A stretch of DNA of 64,000 nt from Candidatus Woesearchaeota archaeon (GTDB lineage Archaea > Nanobdellota > Nanobdellia > Woesearchaeales > SM23-78), in assembly GCA_016935175.1 (NCBI GenBank), contig JAFGRK010000032.1, positions 1,719 through 65,718 of the forward strand. The letters run 5' to 3'. The notes beneath the pieces were generated by a model. That model had not been told where the DNA came from. It worked only from the letters and a program-made list of their open reading frames with translations, and did no database searches. The position numbers were made by a program, and so were the translations under genes. Shown here piece after piece: positions 48,149 through 57,535 of this stretch; positions within the stretch are counted from its first letter, which is position 1, and each line of letters begins with the position of its first letter.

Positions 48149-48672
48149 GTGAACCTTCAATGATCGAGCTCGAAAAGACTTTTCTCGCAAGAGAACTGCC
48201 AAAAGGACTGAAGAAATGCAAATCAAAGGAAGTAATAGATATATACTTCCCTAAAGAAGCCAAGCATCCTACTATCCGCATAAGGAAGAACGGGGACAAG
48301 TACGAGATTACTAAAAAGGAAAGGCTTGACCCTAATGATGCTTCTGTGCAAAAAGAGCATACAATCCCTCTTTCCAAGGAGGAATTCTTAGCATTGAGCA
48401 AGCTGGATGGCAAAAGGCTCAGCAAAGTAAGGTATTATTATGATTATAATGGAAGAACAGCTGAGATTGATGTCTTCAAAGAAGGCCTAAAAGGGCTAGT
48501 GGTCATTGATTTTGAGTTTGAAACAGATGAAGACAAGGATAATTTCAAGATGCCTGGTTTCTGCCTTGCAGACGTCACACAGGAAGAGTTCATAGCTGGA
48601 GGGATGCTCTGCGGGAAAAAATACAAGGATATTGAGGCTAAGTTGAAAAAGTATGGCTATAAAAAGCTTTAA
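48145..48672 (+). CDS. CYTH-domain protein
   Basis: IELEKTFL (ExExK motif), IRIRK and KVRYYY...EIDVF. Confidence 0.88.
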   Translation: MSEPSMIELEKTFLARELPKGLKKCKSKEVIDIYFPKEAKHPTIRIRKNGDKYEITKKERLDPNDASVQKEHTIPLSKEEFLALSKLDGKRLSKVRYYYDYNGRTAEIDVFKEGLKGLVVIDFEFETDEDKDNFKMPGFCLADVTQEEFIAGGMLCGKKYKDIEAKLKKYGYKKL

Positions 48673-48729
48673 AATCCTCTCTGAAAAAAGAAACATTTAA
48701 ATTAACCTATTCTGTTATTAAGCTTAGGG

Positions 48730-50442
48730 GTGTATAATTTGGATTACAAGGTAGAAATTGCCAAGCTTTTAGCCAAGGAGGCCAAGCTTAAGGAGTCAGA
48801 TATAGAGCCTCTTATAGAAATCCCCCCATCCCCTGAACTTGGCGACTTTGCTTTTCCTTGCTTTGTCTTGGCCAAGCAGCTCAAGAAAGCCCCTAATATA
48901 ATTGCCCAGGAACTGGCTGCCAAAATCAAGCCCAAGGCCCCTATTTCATCTGTCAAAGCTGTTGGGCCTTATCTTAACTTCTTTGTTGACAAGATCAAAT
49001 TATCCTCAGACGTAGTCAAGGACATCCTTAACTGCGGCGCTTGCTATGGCAGCTGGCCTTTGAACCATAAGAAAGTCATGGTTGAGTATCCTGCTCCAAA
49101 CACTAACAAGCCTTTGCATCTTGGCCATGTCAGGAACATGCTATTAGGCAATTCTATCTGCAACATCTTAGCATTTGCTGGCTACCAAGCTATTCCTGTT
49201 GACCTGGTCAATGACAGGGGCGTTCATATCTGCAAGTCTATGCTTGCTTACCAGAAATGGGGCAAGAACAAGAAACCTGACAAGAAATCAGACCACTTTG
49301 TAGGAGACTTTTACGTCATGTACAGCCAGAAGGAAAAAGAAAACCCTGAGCTGGAAAAAGAAACCCAGGAGATGCTCAGGAAATGGGAGGCTGGTGACAA
49401 GGAAGTAGTTGCCCTGTGGAAAAAAATGAGGGATTGGTCTCTTGACGGCTTCAAGGAGACTTATGCAAAATTCGATGTTTACCATAAAAAAGTGTATTAT
49501 GAGTCTGAGATTTATCAGCATGGCAAGGAAATAATCCTTGATGGCTTGAAAAAAGGCATTTTCCAAAAAGATGAGAAAGGAGCTGTCATATCAGACTTAG
49601 AAAAGGATGGGCTTGGAAAAAAAGTCCTCTTAAGAGAGGATGGCACTGGCATCTACATCACTCAGGACTTATACCTTGCCAAGGTCAAGTTTGATGAGTT
49701 CAAGATGGACCGCTCAGTCTATATTGTGGCAAATGAGCAGAAATACCATTTCCAAGTTCTCTTCAAGCTCTTAGACATGTTAGGCTTTCCTTTTGCCAAG
49801 AACTGCTACCACTTAGCCTATGGCATGGTCTACCTTCCCGAGGGAAGGATGAAGAGCAGGGAAGGAACAGTGGTTGATGCTGATGATCTGCTTGTTGAGA
49901 TGGAAAAAGAAGCAGAGCAAGAGATTAAGAAGAGGCATAAGGAGCTAAAAAAGCAGGAAGTTGATAAGAGAAAAGAAATCATTAGCAAGGGAGCCTTGAA
50001 GTTCTTCATCCTCAAGTATGACCCTATGAAAGACTTCACCTATGACCCTAAGGAAAGCATCAGCTTTGAAGGAGAGACAGGTCCTTATGTGCAGTATGCC
50101 CATGCAAGGATATGCTCAATATTCAAGAATTTGAAAATAAAGAAGTTTGAGCCAGAAAAGATAAAACCTGCATTTGACCACAAATTAGAATTAAGGCTGA
50201 TTACATTGCTTGCTGATTTCCCAAGGATTGTGAGCGAGTCTGCTGAGCAGTACAAGCCAAGCCTTGTTGCAAGGTATGCACTTGAGCTGGCCCAGGCTTT
50301 TAATGAGTTCTACCATGAATGCCCAGTATTAAAGGCAGATAAGAAAGTCATGGAGTCAAGGCTTGTGCTGATTTTCTGCGTCAAGCAGGTGTTAAAGAAC
50401 GCACTTGATCTTCTAGGCATACAGGCTCCTGAAGAGATGTAA
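48730..50442 (+). CDS. argS: Arginine--tRNA ligase
   Basis: PNTNKPLHLGHVRN, MKSREG and GETGPYVQYAHAR. Confidence 0.97.
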   Translation: MYNLDYKVEIAKLLAKEAKLKESDIEPLIEIPPSPELGDFAFPCFVLAKQLKKAPNIIAQELAAKIKPKAPISSVKAVGPYLNFFVDKIKLSSDVVKDILNCGACYGSWPLNHKKVMVEYPAPNTNKPLHLGHVRNMLLGNSICNILAFAGYQAIPVDLVNDRGVHICKSMLAYQKWGKNKKPDKKSDHFVGDFYVMYSQKEKENPELEKETQEMLRKWEAGDKEVVALWKKMRDWSLDGFKETYAKFDVYHKKVYYESEIYQHGKEIILDGLKKGIFQKDEKGAVISDLEKDGLGKKVLLREDGTGIYITQDLYLAKVKFDEFKMDRSVYIVANEQKYHFQVLFKLLDMLGFPFAKNCYHLAYGMVYLPEGRMKSREGTVVDADDLLVEMEKEAEQEIKKRHKELKKQEVDKRKEIISKGALKFFILKYDPMKDFTYDPKESISFEGETGPYVQYAHARICSIFKNLKIKKFEPEKIKPAFDHKLELRLITLLADFPRIVSESAEQYKPSLVARYALELAQAFNEFYHECPVLKADKKVMESRLVLIFCVKQVLKNALDLLGIQAPEEM

Positions 50443-50465
50443 GTAATTTTTCTAAATAACTCAGT

Positions 50466-50496
50466 GCGACCTTTTCTTTAGCAAAGAAAAGCTCGC
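50466..50496. terminator. Hairpin between convergent genes
   Basis: GCGAC-CTTTTCTTT-AGC-AAAGAAAAG-CTCGC. Confidence 0.5.
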
Positions 50497-50515
50497 CAAA
50501 AGAAATATTGGAGTG

Positions 50516-52276
50516 TTAATGGCCTTGGATAGGGTTTTGTTGCATTGCAAGCTTTTTCAATGATTTCTCATAGTCGCCTTTCTTATAGATCCGCTGCCAT
50601 TTTCTCACAATATCTGCTGCATAGGTCCTGATGACAAGGTTTTTCATCCTTTTCTTGGTCTCGTCCCAAGCATCCACTAGCGACTTATAGAAAACATTCT
50701 TTTCAGGGATATATTTTTCCTTGGCTTTCACTATCTTTTGCCATTGCTCTTTTTTCTTTTCATTAGCATTGTGGACAAAGCTTTTCGCATAATAGATGCT
50801 GAAGTTGATTGGGAATCCTATTGAGAAGTCATAAGCCCAGTTCATCCAGTTGCCATAGTTAAGGTTTCTCTTGAGGAAGCTTCCTAGGTATCTTTGCTTC
50901 ATCAAGGCTAGCGGCAAATTCTGAAGCTCAAAAGCATCCACTCCTGGCTCTGGCTTGTAGCAAAGGAATAATCCATCGTACTTGTCCCAGCCTATGACTG
51001 ATTGCGGCGGAATCCTATCTTCTGCTTCTAGCTTTGTCCTTAATTCTGAGCCTGGCAAGGGCACTGCATTGAATATCTGCACAGTATCAATCCTTGCCTG
51101 CTTGAAGAACTTGGCATAAGCATTTGCTTTTTGCTTTAAGCTAAGGCCTGACTTGTATTCTGAGTCATTGAACGTCGGATAGCCAAAGATGAACATGCCG
51201 TGTAAGTGAAAGCTTCTTGACAGCTTCCTTGACCTTTGAACAAGCTTCTCAACTGTAACTCCTTTTCTCATGGCTTTTAATTCCTCGTTTATAGGGCTTT
51301 CATAGCCAATAGCCATGCCTGAAACTCCCCCGTATTTCATAGCCTCAATCAATTCATCATTCTCTGCTATCTCAGTCCTGACCTGAACCATCAAGTCAAT
51401 TTTCTTCTTGGAATTAGTTCTGTAGTCTCCTAGCATCTTGCACAGCTCTATGGCCTCAGGGATGTTCTGGGCAAAGTTATCATCAACAATAAAGAATGAC
51501 TTGTAGCCTTGCTCAATAAAGCCTTTTATCTGGCTAAAGGCTTTTTCAACAGAGGCTGCCTTGAATGCTCCGTATTGCTTGTTCACCACGCAGAACTCGC
51601 ACTTGAAATTACAGCCCCTTCCCCTGCTTATGGGTATTGAGCTCCAGTCTTTCCCCATAAATCTTACCAATCCTAAGTCAGGGTCTGCTAGCTCATCAAG
51701 GTTCTTTATGGGCTCTCGCTTGCCTGTAAACACATACTGGTCTTTTGCATCAAGAAAGCTTATTCCTACTATGTGCTCAAGCTTTTTCTTGTAATCCTTA
51801 ACAACTTTGCCGTCAGATATTATTGCTTGGAAAAGCTCTTTTGCAATCTCTTCTCCCTCACCATGCACTACTACATCAATGCCAGAGGCTAGTGCTTCTC
51901 TTGGCAACGCATCTACATGGCTTCCGCCGGCAATAGTTGGTATTCCTAGTGCCTGGTATTGCTTGGCAGTAGAGTACATCCTTGGAACTGCATTGCTCAT
52001 GCCACCATAGAACATGGCTAGCTTCACAGGATGATTCTTCTGCAGAACCTTGTGGTCTGGCAAGCCTTTTGAATCCACTGGGCCGCCATAGTTGTTCTCA
52101 TCAATAGCATAAGCCTCAACACCCAAATCACGCTTCAATTGGGCAAGCACAGACAGTATGCCTACTGGGGGCATCCTGACCTTGGCATAGATGTTCTGCT
52201 TAGAATGGGGTGGAAACTGCGGAATTATCCCGATTACCACCGGATTATCTCCTGAAGAAAGATCGCCACCTCTCAC
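50516..52276 (-). CDS. B12-binding radical SAM protein
   Basis: PPVGILSV, IAGGSH, VVHGEGE, SRGRGCNFKCEFC and VDDNF. Confidence 0.92.
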   Translation of the reverse strand: MRGGDLSSGDNPVVIGIIPQFPPHSKQNIYAKVRMPPVGILSVLAQLKRDLGVEAYAIDENNYGGPVDSKGLPDHKVLQKNHPVKLAMFYGGMSNAVPRMYSTAKQYQALGIPTIAGGSHVDALPREALASGIDVVVHGEGEEIAKELFQAIISDGKVVKDYKKKLEHIVGISFLDAKDQYVFTGKREPIKNLDELADPDLGLVRFMGKDWSSIPISRGRGCNFKCEFCVVNKQYGAFKAASVEKAFSQIKGFIEQGYKSFFIVDDNFAQNIPEAIELCKMLGDYRTNSKKKIDLMVQVRTEIAENDELIEAMKYGGVSGMAIGYESPINEELKAMRKGVTVEKLVQRSRKLSRSFHLHGMFIFGYPTFNDSEYKSGLSLKQKANAYAKFFKQARIDTVQIFNAVPLPGSELRTKLEAEDRIPPQSVIGWDKYDGLFLCYKPEPGVDAFELQNLPLALMKQRYLGSFLKRNLNYGNWMNWAYDFSIGFPINFSIYYAKSFVHNANEKKKEQWQKIVKAKEKYIPEKNVFYKSLVDAWDETKKRMKNLVIRTYAADIVRKWQRIYKKGDYEKSLKKLAMQQNPIQGH

Positions 52277-52382
52277 TTTAGCTTATGGAAATAAGGGATT
52301 ATTTATAAAGCTCTTTATTATAATCAGAAAAGAAAGCCAGTAAACAAATCTTTATTAAGCAGCTGAATATTCTTAAAAAAAT

Positions 52383-53045
52383 ATGGATGTCTTAAAACAC
52401 AAGCACAAGATTCCAGAAAAAGTCTATGCAGAGCTAGAGAAGCGAGGCTTTACCAAGCTTAGGCCAGCGCAGGCAAAAAGTATCGATGCAGGGCTTTTTG
52501 AGGACAAAAACTTGCTCGTTTGCACTCCAACAGCAAGTGGCAAGACCCTTGTTGCTGAGCTAGCTTTCCTCAATGCCATACTTCATGATAAGGGAAAAGC
52601 AGTCTATGTTGTCCCTTTGCGAGCCTTGGCCAGCGAGAAGTACAAGACTTTCAAGAAAGACTATCCGAGCATAAAGATTGCTATCAGTTCTGGTGACATT
52701 GACAGCGCAGACTCATTCCTAGAGCAGTATGACTTGATAATCACAACAAGCGAAAAGTTTGATAGCTTAATCAGGCACAAGGCTCATTGGCTCAAGCAAG
52801 TCAAGACAGTCATAATTGATGAAGTGCACTTGCTCAATGACCCTGGCAGAGGCCCTACTCTTGAAGTATTGATTACCATCCTTCGCTCAATCCTTAAGAA
52901 CCTTCAGCTCATTGCCCTTAGCGCGACCATCGGCAACCCAAAAGAGCTTGCAGAATGGCTCAAAGCAGAGCTAATTATCGACGAATGGAGGCCTGTAAGG
53001 CTCGATAAGGGCGTGTATCTCGACGGGAAAATTGACTTTGAATAG
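52383..53045 (+). CDS. Stand-alone Hel308/Ski2-like DEAH domain (RecA1 only)
   Basis: LRPAQ, PTASGKT, PLRALASEK, DEVH and LSAT; the ORF stops just after WRPVRL. Confidence 0.85.
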   Translation: MDVLKHKHKIPEKVYAELEKRGFTKLRPAQAKSIDAGLFEDKNLLVCTPTASGKTLVAELAFLNAILHDKGKAVYVVPLRALASEKYKTFKKDYPSIKIAISSGDIDSADSFLEQYDLIITTSEKFDSLIRHKAHWLKQVKTVIIDEVHLLNDPGRGPTLEVLITILRSILKNLQLIALSATIGNPKELAEWLKAELIIDEWRPVRLDKGVYLDGKIDFE

Positions 53046-53170
53046 CCTTGGCCAGCTCAAATTCTAAATAAATAGAGTTTTCTCGCCTATTATTTTTCGT
53101 TTTGACAAAAAAAAATCCCATAAGGTTTTATATTAATATTCTACTTCATAGTGGTTATAATTAGAAAAAG

Positions 53171-54418
53171 GTGAACTATATGCAAGAAGTACCAAAACCA
53201 GCAGAGCCAGAGAACTTTGCATTATACAGGCCAAAATTAATCCAGTACATCGCAAGAGCCCAGCCCGACGCATTTGACGAGATCCAAAGGATGCTTATGT
53301 CAATAGAGAACCAGCACCCAGTAGGGCTCGAAGGGGAGCCAGGGACAGGAAAAAACCAGCTCATAGACTTCTTAGCCTCAGCAAGAGGAAAAAGCGTTGG
53401 GAGGGTCAGGTGCACAGAGGAGCTGACACTTGAGAGCCTCCTTGGAAAGGAAAGGATACGCTCAGAAAGGGCAGAGCATGGCGTAATTATGAACTCAATA
53501 TATGAGGAAGGCATAATACCACTGACCTATGCAGCAGGGGCTGACCTAGTGCTTGACGAGTTCAACCAGCTGCTCCCGACAGTGCAGAAAGGAATGAACT
53601 CAATGTTCGAGGACAAAAAGACCATTTGTGTAGATGGCAAGCACAGGGAAAAGAAAGGCGACGGCGCTACCTACGTGACTTTCAACCCCAAGACAGGCGT
53701 CACAGGGCAAGACCTGGAGAAAGCAGTAAAGGACAGGCTTAAGATAATACCATTGCCTGAAATACCGCTTGAGCTACAGGCAAGGATTACCCTTATAAAA
53801 ACAGGCATCATCAAGCCAGAGGAAATAATTGATGAAGCAATGGAGCAAAGGGCCATCATAACCTACGAGGAGAACGGAAGGCAAAAATACCAGTTCCTAG
53901 AAAAGCAAGGGAAAGTATATGTTGAGTACAGGACAGGCAGGGAAGCCAAGAAAGGCGAGCTAAGGGAATACCTATTCTACACAGGGAAAGAATCAAGCCT
54001 AAGGCTTACTGGTGCAAAGAATGAAGCTTACAAGGTAGCCCAGAGCCTAGTGGCACTGGCAGATGACGTCAATAAGTTCAAGAATCACGGCACAAGCGTG
54101 TTCGATGATGACTTCAACCAAGCCCTTGGCCTAGACCAGGTAAGCAAGATAGGCATTGAGTCAGGAGGGCTAAGGATAATAGCCAAGGTCATGGAAGACT
54201 ATGCGTTGATGACAGAAAGAGGGCAGATGCTAGATGACATCCTGCCAACCCTTGCAAGGACTTACCTTGACAACATATGCACCTTGGAGATGAGGCATAT
54301 GCCCATAGGCAAGAAAGACAACAAGGACATATCTATCTACGAGGTTCTGGAGACCATGGCAGCCAAAAGAGGGTTCTTCCCAATAAAAAGGCACAAGTAC
54401 GCATCAATAGCAGACTAG
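53171..54418 (+). CDS. MoxR-clade AAA+ ATPase (CbbQ/NorQ-like)
   Basis: GEPGTGKN, LVLDEFN, VTFNP and LEKAVKDRL. Confidence 0.88.
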   Translation: MNYMQEVPKPAEPENFALYRPKLIQYIARAQPDAFDEIQRMLMSIENQHPVGLEGEPGTGKNQLIDFLASARGKSVGRVRCTEELTLESLLGKERIRSERAEHGVIMNSIYEEGIIPLTYAAGADLVLDEFNQLLPTVQKGMNSMFEDKKTICVDGKHREKKGDGATYVTFNPKTGVTGQDLEKAVKDRLKIIPLPEIPLELQARITLIKTGIIKPEEIIDEAMEQRAIITYEENGRQKYQFLEKQGKVYVEYRTGREAKKGELREYLFYTGKESSLRLTGAKNEAYKVAQSLVALADDVNKFKNHGTSVFDDDFNQALGLDQVSKIGIESGGLRIIAKVMEDYALMTERGQMLDDILPTLARTYLDNICTLEMRHMPIGKKDNKDISIYEVLETMAAKRGFFPIKRHKYASIAD

Positions 54419-54432
54419 ATGGCGGTGTAAAG

Positions 54433-56127
54433 ATGAAATACAAAATAGGCTATAAAGTTCGAGTCAGGAAAGACATCGAAAAACCCACGTATGGTTGGGG
54501 AGATGTAAAGCACGGAGATATAGGTGTCATCAAAAGAGTTGATTCAGATGGAGACCTCCTGATTGACTTCCCAAATCAGAGCGAGTGGTCTGGCAAAGCA
54601 AGTGAGATGGAGCTAGCCATAGCTAGTCAACTAAAGAAAGGCTCGCTCGTGCTTATCACAGAGCCAGTGCTAAGGAGCTACATCAAGACAAAAGAGGACC
54701 TGAAAGAAGGCACTAAAGTGCTTGTCAAAGGCGGGAAAAAGACTTGCGACGGAGAAAAGTATAAAGGAGGCCTTGGTGAGATTGTATCGCTCAACAGCTG
54801 CGGCTCTGAGGATGAGTTCCCATATAAGGTAAGAGTGGGAGAAAAGTCAGGGGTATGCATAGGAAAAGATGCTCTCACGCCTGTTAAGCCTGTCTATTGG
54901 TTTGATGGAAAAGCCAGCGGGACCATTAAAAAGAAAGATAAGGATGAATGCTATGTCAAGATAAAAAAATGCCCTTCAAACCAAGAGGTAGAGGGAAAAG
55001 TGATAAAGGTCCCTGTTGGATCACTTGATGATATGGTGAAAAAAATGCACCCGCTAAGCTTCTCAGAGGCAAAGCCCATCCTGGTGTGGGAAAAGTTTGT
55101 CATGCAAAGCAGGACAGGGGTAAAGCTTGTGGACAGCGGCGGAAAAGGGTGCTATACTGATGGAGAGAAAATATACCTGCCAGAGTCAGTTGCAATGCTA
55201 GAGCACCTTGAGGATGTTGAAAGCACCATATTCAACAACCCCAACCTCACATTGTATGCCGGGCTAATGCTTCACGAGCTAGCGCACATACGCTACGGCT
55301 CATTCAAGCTGAAGATGGAAAAAGTGCTTGAGCCTATAAAGCACAAGGAAGCTTTCAAGAGCATAATGAACATACTGGAAGACAACAGGGTAGAAAGCCA
55401 CTTGCAGAGGGAGTTCAGGGGCCAGGACTACGAGAGAATCCTTGACGAGACAAGGACCTTGCTCATAGAGAAGTCCAAGCTTCCTAAAAACCCGCTTGCA
55501 AAGCTATTGCTAAGCTATCACTTAAGGCTTACAAGCCACAAGTACAGGGGCATCAAGTTTTTGGACAAGGAGAAGCGCGAAGCCCTTGACAAAGAGATAG
55601 CTGGCTTTTTGGCAACAGAGGATCCTATCACAAAGAAGCTGTACAAAGAGATTGAAGATGAAATATTTGAAATAAGCAAGGACATAAAAAAGCCCAGGAA
55701 AACTGTGCTAAGCTCATTGAAGATAGCAAAAAAAGTTTATGAAAAGCTAGAGACCTTGCTAGAAGCAGACTTAACATTGGAGCCGCCTGAGAGGGGAGAT
55801 GGAGGCACCTTCACAGGAGGCACTGACCCAACCTCAGACCACTTTGGGGACGGAGGCATAGAGGTCACTCCTGAAAACATCGACTCACCTGACCTAGAGG
55901 ATATGGTAGGTGACCCAGCGCCTGGCCAGGATGGAGATGATTCTGGTGAAGGGGCAGAAGGAAGCGATGGCGCAGATGGAGGAACAGGAGGAGAAGGAGA
56001 TGATGGTGAGCAAGGCTGGCTTATTGAGGCAGTGAAAGGCGGGCTTATAAGGAGAGGCTACAACCCTACAAGGGCAGGCGAGCTTGCCGATGAAGTAGAT
56101 AAGTTCATAGGAGGCAAGGCAAAATGA
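54433..56127 (+). CDS. HERC2/KEG-like SH3 domains plus a HEXXH domain (N-terminal half of a CbbO/NorD/CobT-like adaptor)
   Basis: Start ATG 54433. KIGYKVRV...PTYGWGDV...DFPNQSEWSG; CYTDGEKIYLP, HELAH and NILEDNRVE; acidic Gly-rich linker. Confidence 0.75.
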   Translation: MKYKIGYKVRVRKDIEKPTYGWGDVKHGDIGVIKRVDSDGDLLIDFPNQSEWSGKASEMELAIASQLKKGSLVLITEPVLRSYIKTKEDLKEGTKVLVKGGKKTCDGEKYKGGLGEIVSLNSCGSEDEFPYKVRVGEKSGVCIGKDALTPVKPVYWFDGKASGTIKKKDKDECYVKIKKCPSNQEVEGKVIKVPVGSLDDMVKKMHPLSFSEAKPILVWEKFVMQSRTGVKLVDSGGKGCYTDGEKIYLPESVAMLEHLEDVESTIFNNPNLTLYAGLMLHELAHIRYGSFKLKMEKVLEPIKHKEAFKSIMNILEDNRVESHLQREFRGQDYERILDETRTLLIEKSKLPKNPLAKLLLSYHLRLTSHKYRGIKFLDKEKREALDKEIAGFLATEDPITKKLYKEIEDEIFEISKDIKKPRKTVLSSLKIAKKVYEKLETLLEADLTLEPPERGDGGTFTGGTDPTSDHFGDGGIEVTPENIDSPDLEDMVGDPAPGQDGDDSGEGAEGSDGADGGTGGEGDDGEQGWLIEAVKGGLIRRGYNPTRAGELADEVDKFIGGKAK

Positions 56128-57434
56128 AAACCGCAATCGTTGGGATAATAAATAAGCTTAAAGGACACTTGACATCAAAATACACCCGCAAGGAAGCTGA
56201 GGACGTTGAAGATGTCCTTGAAGGACTGTATGGCACTGGAGGAACAGGAGTAGAAGGCTTAGATGCTCCACCAGAAGGGCCGCAAGGTGATTTCCCATTT
56301 AGAGAAGGCGAAGATGGAGAGGAAGGAACCCGAGGGGATGGTCCTATAGGAGGCATAGAAAGAGTGCTTCTTCCTCCAAGGGGAGGAAAGAGCAGAAAAG
56401 GACAAAAAGGCAGCAAGCCATTGCCAGAGGATTTTGGCAAGCCACCCAAGTACATAAAGGACGGGAAAGACCTTATCAGGGCTATCAGCGAAGCTGAGAA
56501 GAGGCTCAGGGAAAAGGAAAAGCGTGAAGAGAGCGACTTCAGGCCAGTTCCTGAGTGGAACAGGGAAAAGAGGGGTTACGAGCATAACAAGGTAGGATAC
56601 GTGGTAGAAGCATACTCTGAAAGGAAGGATGAAGGGGGGCTTAAGACTTACAAGGAAAAATTCAGCAGGCTCAGCGACCTGGTAAAAGAGGAGCTTAAGA
56701 AGCTAAAGCCAACTGCAAGGCGCAGGGTGACTAGGCAGACAGAAGGCTCGCTTGACATGGAAGTTGTAATCAGGGAGCTAAAAAAAGGAATGAGCGGCAA
56801 GGACATCTCTGATAAGCTTTACGAGAGGACCAAAAAAGAAAGAAGGGATTATGCTGTAGGCATACTCATAGACAGGAGCGGTTCCACATCGGATGGAGTT
56901 GGAAAAGGCTTTGACAGGCTTGATGTGGAAAAGTATTCAGCCATGCTCTTGGCAGACGCACTGGATGAGCTAAATGATAATTTTGCAGTGTACTCTTTCA
57001 GCACCGATGGCAGCGGAACCAAGACATCCCTTGAAAAGCTCAAGGAGTTTGACGATGAATGGGATGAACCAGCCAAACAGTATGTTGCCAGCATAACGCC
57101 AGGGCACCAGAACCACGACGGAACAGCAATAAGGGGCATGACTGAGATGCTTGCCAAGAGGACAGAAAAAAAGAAAGTGCTTGTGCACATATCTGACGGG
57201 ACTCCCTGGGTTGACGGCGGCTATTACCGACGTGAATATGCAAACGAAGACACCTTGAAGGCTATTGAGGAAGCAGAGAAGGCAGGCATCAGGGTTATTT
57301 ACCTGTCAATTGACCCAAGCAACCTTGAATTTTTCAGGCAGGCTGCAGAAAAATGCACCTTTGCAGAGAAGTTCAATGATGTTTTTGAGCTTCCTAAAAA
57401 GATAACTGACTTGTACCTGGCCATGAGAAAGTAA
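56124..57434 (+). CDS. vWA-domain protein (CbbO/NorD/CobT C-terminal type)
   Basis: EGSLD, ILIDRSGST (MIDAS), NHDGTAIR and HISDGTP; ATGA overlap with the upstream gene. Confidence 0.88.
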   Translation: MKTAIVGIINKLKGHLTSKYTRKEAEDVEDVLEGLYGTGGTGVEGLDAPPEGPQGDFPFREGEDGEEGTRGDGPIGGIERVLLPPRGGKSRKGQKGSKPLPEDFGKPPKYIKDGKDLIRAISEAEKRLREKEKREESDFRPVPEWNREKRGYEHNKVGYVVEAYSERKDEGGLKTYKEKFSRLSDLVKEELKKLKPTARRRVTRQTEGSLDMEVVIRELKKGMSGKDISDKLYERTKKERRDYAVGILIDRSGSTSDGVGKGFDRLDVEKYSAMLLADALDELNDNFAVYSFSTDGSGTKTSLEKLKEFDDEWDEPAKQYVASITPGHQNHDGTAIRGMTEMLAKRTEKKKVLVHISDGTPWVDGGYYRREYANEDTLKAIEEAEKAGIRVIYLSIDPSNLEFFRQAAEKCTFAEKFNDVFELPKKITDLYLAMRK

Positions 57435-57535
57435 TTGAGAAGCAGCCATGCCAAGGAAAAGCTAGGTAATAATAGGCGGCAAAATGCCTGGAATTCCATA
57501 AAGTTTATAAACTATTTTTACTTTCCCTTTTCTTT

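Noticed and set aside
54277-54432. 52-codon extension of the 616-aa ORF overlapping the MoxR gene
   Set aside because: It overlaps the ATPase by 142 nt; ATG 54433 follows a GGCGGTG SD-like site and starts exactly at the SH3-like domain.
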